From assembly GCA_951406725.2 (NCBI GenBank), contig OX597817.1, forward strand, positions 149,916,001-149,980,000: a DNA stretch of 64,000 nucleotides, in the 5' to 3' direction. Every line of letters starts with the position of its first letter. Within the stretch, counting starts at the first letter, position 1. Source of the stretch: Octopus vulgaris. Its lineage: Eukaryota. The notes under the pieces are model-generated. The model saw nothing but the letters and a program-made list of their open reading frames with translations. It ran no database searches and had not been told where the DNA came from. The position numbers were made by a program, and so were the translations under genes. This document shows, one piece after another, positions 51,496 through 64,000 of this stretch.

Positions 51496-51886
51496 TCTCT
51501 CTCTATATATATATAAAGCTGAAGTTGTCTGTGTATGGCAGGATTGGTAGCCTTCAACTAACACTATCTCCTCCGAGACCCTGCGGTGCAAGTTGACCAA
51601 AATTGAGAGTATGATAGAAGAAGGATTGCTCTTCCTTCTGTAGAAGAAAAAATTCAAATCGGACCATGTTAACACCAAAAATTATTTACATCAAAAAGGT
51701 GCTTTCTTTCTATGAAAATCCCTATTTTTTACGATTTTTTTTACTGCTGTTTTTCAGTGTATTTCAACCAGAAAAATGTTCACTTAAAAAGAATAACAAG
51801 CTACATAATGCAAAATTTTTACTTTTCAAAAATTCCAATTCTAAAGAGTCGAAACAAATCCGAGCAACGCCGAGCGATACTGCTAG
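51496..51886 (+). mobile_element. non-autonomous Helitron, same family
   Basis: Homologous to the 38065 copy, with A|TC and CTAG|T termini. Confidence 0.85.
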
Positions 51887-52836
51887 TATATAATATTCTA
51901 GTCATATTAGTCAGCAGTATCAACAATAATACTTCCACCATTCTAGCGTGATCATTACCTGCGTCACCTTATTGGCACTTGTGCTGGTAGCACGTGAAAA
52001 AACATTCGAGTGAGGTCGTTGCCAGTGCCACTGGACTGGCTCCTGTGCAGGTGGCACATAAAGAGCACCATTTGAGTATGGCTGTTGCCAGTACCGCCTG
52101 ACTGGCCCTCGTGCCGGTGGCACGTAAAACCACCCACTACACTCTTGGAGTGGTTGGCATTAGGAAGGGCATCAAGCTGTAGAAACTCTGCCAGATCAGA
52201 TTGGAGCCTGGTGCAGCCATCTGGTTTGCCAGTCCTCAGTGAAATCATCCAACCCACACTAGCATGGAATGCGGAGGTTAAACAATGATGATGATGATGT
52301 ATAAAAATGAAATTCCTTGTTCACCAATTTTCAAATTTATTTTTGTTTTTTAAACTTTGCATAAAGTAAGTTTTGATATTAACCAATCACACTATTAGAA
52401 ATGGCTTAAACCAAACATGTGTAAACTATGAAATGACTTTAATAGTTTAGCATTCAGCTTACTCTCAAATGTAATGCTTATTTTTTCACATTGTTTCAAA
52501 TTAATAATGCATTATCTTGTAGCTTTGAGATTCCAGTGATGTCACTGTTTATTTTCAGAAAGACATAGGTAGATGTGAAAAGCTGGATCTGGCAGGTTTG
52601 AACATAAAACAAGTGGTATATTTGGGTTGGTTATGGCTAGTTTAAATACTAAATGATTACTGTAGCCTTAGATTCTACTTCATGTTAATTTTAATGGATA
52701 ATTTTAATTCTATGGTTATATTATTACAAAAAATACAAATCTTTCATATTGAGAACTAACCAATATTTCTGACACTGCAGCTATCATAATAGATATTTCT
52801 CCTTCTAAGCTCCAGTACATTGGAATATTCTTTCTG

Positions 52837-53187
52837 TTAACCCTTTCGTCACCCACCTGACTGAAACTGGCTCTGGCTCTGAGTACAAATGTCTTGTTTT
52901 CATAAGTTTTGAATTAAAATCTTCCACCAAACCTTAGTCACAATTTATGTTCCTAACACTAGCTTAATGATAACTAAGTTATTTTACTAAATTCTTTGTT
53001 ATATTTAAAATTAATTGAAAGAAACGCAGAGCATCTCAAAATAAATACAGTAATGAAGGGGTTAAGAAATATAATAGAGAAACAATTCTTAGCCCTTTTG
53101 ATACCAACTTGGCTGAAACTGCCTCTGGCTCTGTAGTACAAATGTCTTATTTTCAAAAGTTCTGAATTAAAATCTTCCAAATTTATG
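52837..53187 (+). mobile_element. piggyBac-like MITE family A, dimer; the second unit is interrupted by CR1 and resumes at 54040-54158
   Basis: Same units and spacer as the 4280 dimer. Confidence 0.85.
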
Positions 53188-54039
53188 TTAGTTAGTTAGT
53201 TAATTTTTTGGTTCAAAAAGCAAAAAGCAAGGCCATGTAGGGGGACATGGAGTTATGTACAGGGTGGTGTTCATGTAAAGAGTTTAGGCCACTTGTGGTC
53301 AAGGGAGACTTTGAACCGAGCGGCCGTCGGCATCTTCACTATCTCATCCAGCAGCTTATTCCACGGATCCGCAACCCGGACGGAGAAGCCCCTCTCCTTC
53401 GATTGAGATGAAATCGTCGCAGATAGAGCTTTTCGGAGTGACCCCGCAGCTGACGCTCTGGAGTAGGAGTGAAGAACAGCTCTTTCGAGAGGTTACACTT
53501 TCTGCTTATGATGTTGTGAGCAAGAATGAGATCACCACGGCGGCGGCGTTTTTCAAGAGAATAAAGGTCGAGCGTCTTCAGCCTTTCTTCATAAGACAAA
53601 TGCTTAAGACCAAGAACCATGCGGGTAGCCAGCTTCTGGACTCTTTCGAGATGCTGTATGTCCTTTTGGAGATAAGGAGAAGAGGCTTGAATCCCGTACT
53701 CCAATATGGGTCTCACCAGCGTGACATAGAGCGGTAGGAATATGGCTGCTGTGAGCATTCCGAATGACCATCAAATCAAGAACAGAACTCCGCGTGCTTT
53801 GTTGGCAGCATAGACGCACTGGGCCGAAGGCGAAAAGGAAGAATCCACCAAGATACCCAGGTCCTTTACCTGGTCGGTCCTCTCCAGCAGCAGACGACCC
53901 GGCTCAAAATCAAGTTGAGTTGCAGGAGAAGAGCCAACAGGCAGATGACAGCACTTTGACACGTTCAGACACAGGTCCCATTTGTTAGACCATCTCCAAA
54001 TTTGGTGGAGGCATCAACGAAGATCTTCTATATCACCGC
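53188..54039 (-). mobile_element. 5'-truncated CR1-clade LINE, same subfamily, frameshifted, inserted in a piggyBac MITE
   Basis: Near-identical peptide (ORF 53339-53758) and an (AACT)n tail. The MITE resumes at 54040. Confidence 0.92.
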
Positions 54040-54773
54040 ATGTTCCTAACACTAGCTTAATGATAACTAAGTTATTTGACTAAATTCTTTGTTATATTTA
54101 AAATTAATTGAAAGAAACACAGAGCATCTCAAAATAAATACAGTAATGAAAGGGTTAATGTTTGGTTAAGTCACTCAATATATTCAAGTGTCATATGATG
54201 TTCATGTTGTTAAACCCTGAATCAGCCCTGACTGAGAAGACCTATGATCATACACATTCCAACCATGACTCGCCCATTTTTCTTTCTTGAACTACATAGT
54301 CCAAGAAAAGGAAGAATCCACCAAGATACCCAGGTCCTTTACCTGGTCGGTCCTCTCCAGCAGCAGATGACCCGGCTCAAAATCAAGTTGAGTTGCAGGA
54401 GAAGAGCCAACAGGCAGATGACAGCACTTTGACACATTCAGACACAGGTCCCATTCGTTAGACCATCTCCAAATTTGGTGGAGGCATCAACGAAGATCCT
54501 CTATATCACCGCGTGTTCCTAACACGAGCTTAATGATAACTAAGTTGACTAAATTCTTTGTTATATTTAAAATTAATTGAAAGAAACACAGAGCATCTCA
54601 AAATAAATACAGTAATGAAAGGGTTAATGTTTGGTTATGTCACTCAGTATATTCAAATGTCATATGATGTTCATGTTGTTAAACCCTGAATCAGCCCTGA
54701 CTGAGAAGACCTATGATCATACACATTCCAACCATGACTAGCCCATTTTTCTTTCTTGAACTACATAGTCCAA
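53832..54773. repeat. tandem duplication (53832-54304 and 54305-54773)
   Basis: The CR1 5' part, MITE half and flank are repeated. Copy 2 has a 4-bp deletion and a few substitutions. Confidence 0.9.
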
Positions 54774-55917
54774 TATGCTCTTCCTTTTTTAAGATGGTGG
54801 GTGTGATTTGAATGGTATTTAGCTGGTATTTCTAGCTGGACAAGCAACCATACAGAAACTACCTCGTTAACTGAAAACATCACATGAACCACCTATAATT
54901 TCTATCTATTTGAGAATCAAAATCAACTGCATTCAGGCATCATTCTTTGATCTCTAGTGAATTCTGTTTCTTCAAAAGGCTACAAATCAATCATTGTAAG
55001 ATAAGTAATATTGGTATTCTATAAATATATTGCTATTTAGTCATTGAAAAACATTCTCGCTAGTTCAAAATACAAAACAAAAATGGATAAAAACAGAGAT
55101 ATTTTCCCTTGCTATGTTTATTTCAGATATGAGATCAACTTAGAGAATTAAGATAAAAAAAATTGTTATCTGAGTTTCAGTTAATTTGTGACAAACTCCA
55201 GTTCATTGTGTGTGTGTGTGGAGGGGACTTGCACGTGTGTGAGCGGTTATGTTTTCAAGCACTTCCTAAATCATATAGAGTAAGAGATATAGTTTCTGTT
55301 TTTGAGGTGTGTTACATAAACAAGAAATATTTCAAAAAGTTTTATTCAGCAATTCAAGTCTTCCACCATTCCTGTTGTCATTTTTTGTTTCTTCTTCTTT
55401 TTGACAGTGGAGCCAACACGTGTACACTGTGGTTGAGATTACACACATACATACATACATAAAACTGCACCAAAGCTGATATCAGATTCAAAACATTAGA
55501 GATAAACATACATGCACCATGTTGACATTAACAACAAAGATATATGTGCACTGTGGTTAATATTATGTTTAAAACAAATATTGGTGAGCTGACAGAATTG
55601 TTAGTACGCCAGGCGAAATGTTTGGTGGTATTTCGTCTGTTTTGACATTTGGAGTTCAAATTCCACCAAGGCCAACTTTGCATTTCATCCTTTTGGGGTT
55701 AATGAATTAAGTACCAGTTGCATACTGGGGTCAATCTAATCATAAAGAATATTGTGTTTAAAACAAATATTGGTGAGCTGACAGAATTGTTAGTATGCCA
55801 GGCGAAATGCTTGGTGGTATTTCGTCTGTCTTTACATTCAGAGTTCAAATTCCACCGAGGTCAACTTTGTGATCTCATTGAATGTAGGGTTTCTGGAAGA
55901 ACTAGCACATGGATATA

Positions 55918-56220
55918 CAATGGAACCTTGGTTTATGGATTTGATTCATTCCTGAAGGCTGTTCCTCACCCAGAATGTTCATAAACCAAAACTATTTTGC
56001 CCCATAAGAAAATTCCAGAGAAGGCATGGTGATTAAGAGCATGGATATGCACTGAGTGAAAGCTAAACAACAGCTGGTACTCTCTTGTTGATACTCCCAG
56101 TTTGTCACTAACTATTGTTGCTAGCTTGCATGTTTGTTACTCGAAACATTGTCACCCGAGATGTTTTATATTTGAAAAACTGTTCATAAACTGATTTGTT
56201 TGTAAACCAAGGTTCCAACA
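55918..56220. mobile_element. Tigger/pogo-like MITE
   Basis: TIRs CAATGGAACCTTGGTTTA / TAAACCAAGGTTCCAACA flanked by TA. Confidence 0.7.
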
Positions 56221-56222
56221 TA

Positions 56223-57630
56223 TAGATATTGGCTTTTTTCAAGGCTAATTTCCACAATGTTCTTGCATTGGCCATTACCATGTGTATCATATGGAACATT
56301 GTGGTTATGATGTATTCCCAAGATTGATAAAAAAAAAATTTTAAACTTCTATAGACTGAGATTCTCGGTCACAGTTCAAACAAGCAGGATTTCTAATTGA
56401 AACAAATAACTGAGTCAATAATTTAATTGCTGAAGCAGCACTGATATCTGGACACAAGTATGAAAATGTTAATCTAGAGTGCTGATCAACAATAACTAAA
56501 ACACCTATTTTTTTCCATATGATTCATGCGGCCCCACAAAGTCAATAGATACTACTTTCCAATGGTTCATAGCCTCAAAGTAACTTGGAATATTTTTGAT
56601 AAAAAAAACAGTCAATATAGGCACAAACTTAGCAAGAGACAAGCACACACCTGTACGTCATCTATGCTAAAAGGCAAACTTTTGGATTCCACAAAGTGAT
56701 AAAAATCAATGGATGCTAGGATAGTAAAGGCAATTATAAAACTATGAAAGAGAAAAATGTGAAGAAGCAAAGCTAATTCTGAAGGAAGCATCAACAACAG
56801 CATTTTCTCTTCCAGGGTGATATAATATGTCAAAATTGTATTCAGACAATTCCATTTGCCAACATACCAGTTTATTATTTCTAACCTTTGATGAAAGCTG
56901 GTTTTGAAAATAAAAGTAATAGCTGCATGATTTGCTAATAGTTGAAAAGGTTTGGCAATTAATGTTATCCCTTTCTGACACTTTCAATAGTGGGTAAGGC
57001 TTCCCAGTGTAAGCAAAAATGTTGCTGTTATGTCCTTGATAAATAGGACAATTATTTTGCTGCCGCCACGGAGGTATCAGTTCAAAGTACAAATATTTCA
57101 GATTCATCAACTCTTCTAAGTGTAGCCTTGAGAACAAAGACTTGCTGCTATTAAAATCACATTTTTGTGATTCCGTTAAAAGGTTAATGGGAAATTGATG
57201 AAAATAGCTTTACATTATCTGAATCCACCTGGAATATTATGAGAACATTACAAGCAGCCTTTAAAGTGGTGGTGGTGGTGATGATGATGATATTATTATT
57301 ATTATTATTATTATCATTATTATTATTCTTAAGAGAGTGATAGTGCCTCAATGCTTCTAACCTTTCTGGATCTGGCTTTAGAATTCTATAAGAAATTTTA
57401 TATCCCAGAAAATGGATAGTTTGCATGTCATATGTACACGCTTATTTTCTTCCAAATATTAAACTTATCTAAATTTTGGTTTATGTTCCTCTAAATTTCT
57501 TCAACATATGATCATATCATCAATATGAGCAAATATCTTATTTAATTGATTAACAGTTATTATGTTATCAATTATTCTTTGAGAAGTAGCTACAGCATTC
57601 CTCAACTCAAAGAAATTTTTATAAAACTGA
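56223..57630 (-). mobile_element. Ty3/Gypsy pol relic (RT, RNase H, integrase fragments)
   Basis: IHFLGYKIS...KPDPERLEAL; WQMELSEYNFDILYHPGRENAVVDA; IDFVGPH and IVDQHSR in RT-RH-IN order. Confidence 0.8.
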
Positions 57631-58850
57631 CAATTTTCCATTATTGTTAAATCATGCTGCAACAGAGTTGATCATTGATATACACTGTGACTTAGACCTG
57701 TTTAAAGTCCAACCTGCTCAAAAAAATTTTATTTTGAGATGTTATTTGCCAACGTTAAAATTAAAGTTAAGGGATATGCATCTGGAGAAGCTGGTTAACT
57801 ACTCAGAAGTAAGGTATCAGCATTTTTAGTTTATTAGGATTTTTCAGATTTAGAATTTGGACACATCATGGAGAAACATTCTTTCTGTTAACTCCACTTT
57901 CAGAAATGCATGGCTTAGCTTAATTTTTCTCAAAACCCTTAAAAATTTGAAGAGGGTCTATAAGCAGGTTGTTAGTCCTCAAATTGAGAATGCAGGTTAT
58001 GAACCAATATATCTAACTCTTTCGATACCAACCTGCCTGAGACCATTCTTGGTCCTATGATATAAGCATCCTCTTTTGAAGTTATCTAAATTAAAACATT
58101 TCATCAAAGTTTCCAGTTAACTCATGTTCCAAATGTGGAGGCGCGTGACTTAGTGGTTAGGGTGTCAGCATCATGATCATAAGATTGTGGTTTCAATTCC
58201 TGGATCGGGCGACGCATTGTTTTCTTGAGCAAAACACTTCATTTAATGTTGCTCCAGTCCACACAGCTGGCAAAAATGAGTAACGCTGCAATGGACTGGC
58301 ATCCAGCTGGGGAACACATACACCATTGAAACCAGGAAACTGGGCCCATGAGCCTGGCTAGGCTTTAAAAGGGCACATTTATTATTTTTCATGTTCCAAA
58401 TACCAGGTTAAATGAGTGGAAATCAAACCAGTGTGTGTTTTAAATAATAAGGCACTAAAATGATAAAGTTATTTTCCTAAATTTTTCTTTATTTTCAGAA
58501 TTAATTGAAAAAAAAAAAAAGGCAGTGCATTTCAACTGAACCAGTAACAAAAGAGTTAATATTCACACTTTTAATAAGCACCATAAAACTTTGAGTAATA
58601 CAAGTAAAAAATTATCTGTGTTGAAAATTTGATATTATCATTTTAGATATTGTCATTAAGAATAACAGCACAGTTACAAATAGCAAAATCTTGAATTACT
58701 TTCTTGTCTGTTTAGGAAGCAATAGTAATTGTAAAAGTAGATTTAATATGTAATTTCATATTAATGATAAAATGTCATGCAAATAAAAACTTCCAGTTTT
58801 TTCCTGAATGAAGTGAAGTGTCAACATTTATATTATCTATTATAGTTGCT

Positions 58851-59282
58851 AAGGCAGAAAGATGGCAGAAACGTTAGCATGCCGGGCGAAATGCTTAGCA
58901 GTATTTCATCTGCCGCTACGTTCTGAGTTCAAATTCCGCCAAGGTCGACTTTGCCTTTCATCCTTTCGGGGTCGATTAAATAAGTACCAATTACGCACTG
59001 GGGTCAATATAATCGACTTAATCCGTTTGTCTGTCCTTGTTTGTCCCCTCTGTGTGTAGCCCCTTGTGGGCAGTAAAGAAATAAGAAATGTTAGCATGCC
59101 AGGTAAAATGCTTAGCAGTATTTCATCTGCTTTTATGTTCTATGTTCAAATTCCACCAAGGTCAACTTTGCCTTTCATTCTTTCGGGGTCAATAAATTAA
59201 GTACCAGTTGCATAGTGGGGTTGATATAATCGACTGGCCCCCTCCCAAAAAATTTTGGGCCTTGTGCCTAGAGTAGAAGAGA
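58851..59282 (+). mobile_element. dimer of the Meta-like SINE
   Basis: Same tail A then tail B order; flanked by a TATTATAGTTG duplication. Confidence 0.85.
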
Positions 59283-60287
59283 TTATTTATTATAGTTGTG
59301 AACAACTAATTTCTAAGTTGATTCTGAAATATCTGTAAATAAATTCCGAAATAAATGTAAAGCATCTCAACAATCTTGCTAGACCTACCTTTCAATGTGC
59401 CTACATTGACAGTGCCAACCCTGAGAACTAGGAAAGGGGTGCAGGGGTGGAGGGAACATGGGCAGGAGAGATGGTATTGGGCACCTGGTAGACAAGAAAT
59501 ACTTCTAAAAGTCTGGTTCAGTAATTTGAATATCTCATTATTCCTGATGTTTTATTATTTGACTGTCAAACTGACACATACACACCATGGCTGATATCAC
59601 ATTTAAAACATTACACATATACAAAAGACAAATTTCACATCTCATAACATGGTGGTCTTCAAAAACAAGAACGAAATAAACGAGATGAGAAAAACTATTT
59701 TAATAGTCTTCCTTTCTTATCTCCATGCATGCATAAGCAAATGATTAAAGTGGCTTTCTTTTATAGTATGAATCATGAATTTAACTGCCAAAACAATGAA
59801 TTCTTGATATTTATGCTAAACATTTTTGTATTATTTCTATTTGCTATTAAATTCTCATTGCACTTTTCATATTATGCTATTATTCTGTACTTTACTTTAA
59901 TATGTTGTATTAATGAAATTTCCTCTGTATCTGACTGAGAAGGGATTACAGGCGTCTCCAGCCACATTTTTCAGTCCTATACAGATGCTTGTAAAGCATC
60001 TTTAGTAATATCTTCATTGTTTAGAACTATGTGATCACTGGTGTGATCTAACCATGACCATCATTCCTTTTTTCTTCAAACACTACTCTTTTACTTGTTT
60101 CAGTCATGCTGGAGCACTGCCTTTAGTCAAGCAAATTGACCCCAGGACTTATTCTTTGTAAGCCTAGTACTTATTCTATCGCTCTCTTTTGCCAAACTGT
60201 TAAGTTATAGGGATGTAACACACCAGCATCGGTTGCTAAGCGATGTTGGAAGGACAAACACAGACACACACACACACATATATATAT

Positions 60288-60450
60288 GACGGGCTTCTTT
60301 CAGTTTCCGTCTACCAAATCCACTCACAAGGCTTTGGTCGGCCTGAGGCTATAGTAGAAGACATTTGCCCAAGGTGCCACGCAGTGGGACTGAACCCAGA
60401 ACTATGCGGTTGGTAAGCAAGCTACTTACCACACAGCCACTCCTACGCCT
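60288..60450 (-). mobile_element. CORE-like tRNA SINE (copies about 11850-11995, 27700-27805, 38860-39000, 39600-39725, 49000-49140)
   Basis: TGGCTGTGTGGTAAG head, GGTTCAGTCCC B box, and a CCTTGGGCAA(G/A)TGTCTT core-like motif. Confidence 0.75.
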
Positions 60451-61470
60451 ATATAAAAAACCACATTATCAAACTTGTCCTCTTTATAAAGATACTGAAG
60501 TATGGTATGAGGGAAAACCAGATGCTATTTCTAGCAGGTTCAGAGACTTACTACAAGCTAGGGTCTTTGTAAAAGCTTATCTATTTAAACTGCTTTGTCA
60601 AAGCAAAATTGTTTAACAAAATAGTCATTAGTTGATCACATTTATATGAATTCAAAAAAGTACTGAACTAAATATACAGCTTTTTACTCTCCAGTGTTAC
60701 CATGAATCTCTTGAGACTACAAATCTGCATCTGGAAAATTTCTCTCTGAGGGACAGGCCTAGACAAGATAACAAGACATTTTTTTTTCTTTTTTATGGAA
60801 GACTAGCAGTTGTCCATGTATGCCCTTTCCACATGACTGGTGTTATCCATGGAAATGATAATAGCCAATACAACTTGGTGTCAGTATAGTTGCAAGTATT
60901 ACTGTCAGTATTACAAAAAGTCCAGAATAGACCATCACCAATTACTCCATCAAATGCTCTAATGATTTTGTCATTTTGCCGCCTTAGAATGGTATGTTAT
61001 GAATGGATCCCAAAATAATCAAAGGCAAATTTAGCGTTGGTAGGATTTGAACTCAGAGTGCAGAAACTAGAGACAAATAAACATTCTAGCTGACACCCAA
61101 TCAATTTTTCCAGTTTGTTTTTAATGTATGTGTATGGGCTCATTAGCTGCAGGATAGCATTAAGAGAAAAGTCCCTTTAAGATTCCAAGTGTTCAAAAAC
61201 AAAAAAAAAAAACCACTGAATACATCCAACCAGGTGAGACAATACAACCTGTAGATGATCAAGACTGATGGCTATCCATATTTCACTGTTTTTGCAGCCC
61301 ATCTGCATCGTTTACTTGAATCACCTTGAAATGAATTAGAATCACTGGTCTGAAGTATATTTGCATATAGTGTAGAATCTACCTGCTGATGTACAGCAGC
61401 ACTACACAGGTAAAATAAAATTTTACCTGTGCTCTAATAATGATGATGTGTGCCGATTAGTTGCAGGATT

Positions 61471-61865
61471 CGTTTCTACCCTAGGCACAAGGTCTGAAAT
61501 TTAAGGTGGGGCAGTCGATTATATCAACCCCAGTATGCAACTGGTACTTAATTTATTGACCCCCGAAAGGATGAGAGGCAAAGCCAACCTTGGCAGAATT
61601 TGAACTCAGAATGTAAAGACAGACGAAATACCTATTTGTTTACTACCCACAAGGAGCTAAACACAGAGGAGACAAACAAGGACAGACAGACGGATTAAGT
61701 AGATTATATCGACCCCAGTGCATAACTGGTACTTAATTTATCGACCCCGAAAGGATGAAAGGCAAAGTCGACCTCGGCGAAATTTGAACTCAGAACGTAG
61801 CGGCAGATGAAATACTGCTAAGCATTTCGCCCGGTGTGCTAACATTTCTGCCAGCTCACTGCCTT
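61471..61865 (-). mobile_element. dimer of the Meta-like SINE
   Basis: 15-bp TSD ATTAGTTGCAGGATT at 61456-61470 and 61866-61880. Confidence 0.85.
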
Positions 61866-62550
61866 ATTAGTTGCAGGATTGTGTCAGGGAAAAGTCCCTA
61901 TTTAAGAACCTAACGCTTTGGGAAAAGCAGTCAGCAGTAGCTGTGTTCAAGTCTATGTGACCTCTGTCACAAATCCAGTAATAGAAATAATGCCTAAGAT
62001 GAGACCGGAACTCAACACAGCCTCGTGGACCACCAGATCCTGTCAAACCATCCAACCCATGTCAGCATGGAAAAAGGTGTGTTAAATGATGATGACGAGG
62101 AGGATGAGGATGGGGAGGAGGAGGATTCCACTCAGTATGTAGCTTGCTCAACAGCGAATTGTACGTTTTAGAAACATTTCTAGATTTCATAGACCCTAAA
62201 CTTGCCGATAATTCTATGTTCTCAACTACAACAAAGGATATCAAAAAAAAAAAATGGCTTCAAACGAAAGAAAATCTGGAAGTTGGATTAGGCATCCCAA
62301 AATGATTAAAAAAAAAAAATAAAGACACAGAAATGATATAATGCTGTGCATGTAATCATATTCTATATGTAATCATTGCAATGATATAATCAATATTACT
62401 GGGAGATAATAGAATGGATTCTCATTCTCCAACGCCCACCAAATGATTTACTGAATAACTACCACCGCTTTCTCTCCTTTTTATTTTACCATTTCAATCT
62501 CTCTCTCTAACTTTCTTCTTTCCTTCTTCCTTCTAATATATATGTGTGTG

Positions 62551-62587
<37 letters not shown>

Positions 62588-63114
62588 CTTGCTCCCTCTT
62601 TCTTAATATCAATGACTTAGCTTTCTCTCTCTTCAATCCAACAGCAATAATGATTGACAAGACTCCTAAAATAGACCTGCATAGCCCTTTCAAGCACACA
62701 CCCCACAAACTTAACACAACTAAAATGGATATATGTGTGTACAAACACACACACACTCTTTTATTTCTTTCAATCAATGGACTGTGGCCATCATGCTGGA
62801 TCACCACCTTCAAGGACTTAAATCAATAATATTACAAATACACACACATACAATGTTTATTATATCAACACAGTCCATCAAACTTTGATACTGTAAACAT
62901 ATCTATCCACCCTGCTCAATGTACTGAGTTCTATGTCAGATGTTATTTGCACTTAGCAAAATATATTAAATACTAACTGGCCCCATGCTGTCAAAAATGA
63001 CGACTAATTGTAGTATTTTATATATAAATATGGATTGTAAATCAAATTAATACCCTTGTCAATGTTCAGATACATTCACATACTTCCCTTGTACACGCGC
63101 ACACATATACTCAC

Positions 63115-63200
63115 AAAGAGTTGAAGCGCTGCTTGATTTTTCTTTTCGGCATTGAATGTTCACCATCCCACTACCAGTTTGCCATCACCCCTTCCTTCTT
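63115..63200 (-). other. possible 5'UTR exon of the CUB-like gene (5' boundary unknown)
   Basis: Donor gtgagtat after 63115 in non-repetitive sequence with several CpGs. Coding exon 1 has an acceptor, so an upstream exon must exist. Confidence 0.2.
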
Positions 63201-64000
63201 TATTCCCCTATCACTCCTTTCCTTTCTCATTCATATCTTGTGATGGAGAAAAACACAAGAGTATTATAAGAGTAGATGCTATACTGTTACAATATACATA
63301 TCATATGGTGGCGAGCTGACAGAAACGTTAGCATGCCGGACGAGATGCTTAGCGGTATTTTGTCTGTTTTTACATTCTGAGTTCAAATTCTGCTGAAGTC
63401 GACTTTGCCTTTCATCCTTTCGGGGTGAATAAATTAAGTACCAGTTGTGTACTGAGGTCGATCTAATCGACTGGTACCCCCTCCCCAAAAGTTTCGGGCC
63501 TTGTGTATAGAATAGAAAAGAATATAAATATATCATCATCATCATCCTCATCACAGTAGTAAAGTCTACTTTTCTTTACTTGCTTAGACCAGACAGAATT
63601 CATTGAGGCAAATTTTTTTAGAGCTTGCTGCTCTTCCAAGAAATAAAGGAATGACCAATTCAGGTGTGTGTGTGTGTATTTCTCCATGATTGGACATGTT
63701 TTCTTAGAAGATTGGAAATGGATGACACTGCTTGCACAATGGCGATGCTCACTTACAACAATCACACATGTCAAGACTGGCACTCTATTATATATGATGG
63801 TGGGAGTTCCAGCTGATGCAATCAACAGAACAGCCTGCCTGTGAAATTAATATGAAAGTGGCTGAGCACTCCACAGACACACACACCCTTTATATAGTTC
63901 TCAAGGAGGTTCAGCCTGATATTGAATGTGTCAAGGCTGGCTTTTTAAATACCATAAATCCTTGAGTATAATCCGCATTTTTTCCCCAAAATTTAAAGGT

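Overview
AT-rich, microsatellite-dense animal genomic DNA. The SINE and MITE families suggest an octopus (coleoid cephalopod); this is inferred from the repeat landscape. One spliced minus-strand gene can be assembled by hand from four phase-compatible exons (48034-47962, 45336-45071, 26859-26727, 25402-25157/25125). It encodes a roughly 250-aa type I membrane protein: signal peptide, one CUB-like domain, a TM helix, and a cytoplasmic tail with a TQT motif. Most of the rest is mobile DNA: several tRNA-derived SINE families, CR1, R4/Dong-like, RTE and Gypsy relics, Helitrons, and hAT, piggyBac and mariner MITEs. Almost all ORFs in the supplied track are repeat artefacts. Two observations stand out. 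(1) At least four unrelated short non-coding element families carry minimal type I hammerhead-ribozyme folds (canonical, U3-A8 and A6U cores), some in Penelope-style inverted structures with TSDs; one is a tRNA-headed SINE ending in a hammerhead. (2) An intron-retaining pre-tRNA-Leu(CAA) is fused through its oligo-T terminator to a retroposon tail. All structures were derived by eye, and repeat boundaries are approximate unless a TSD is quoted.
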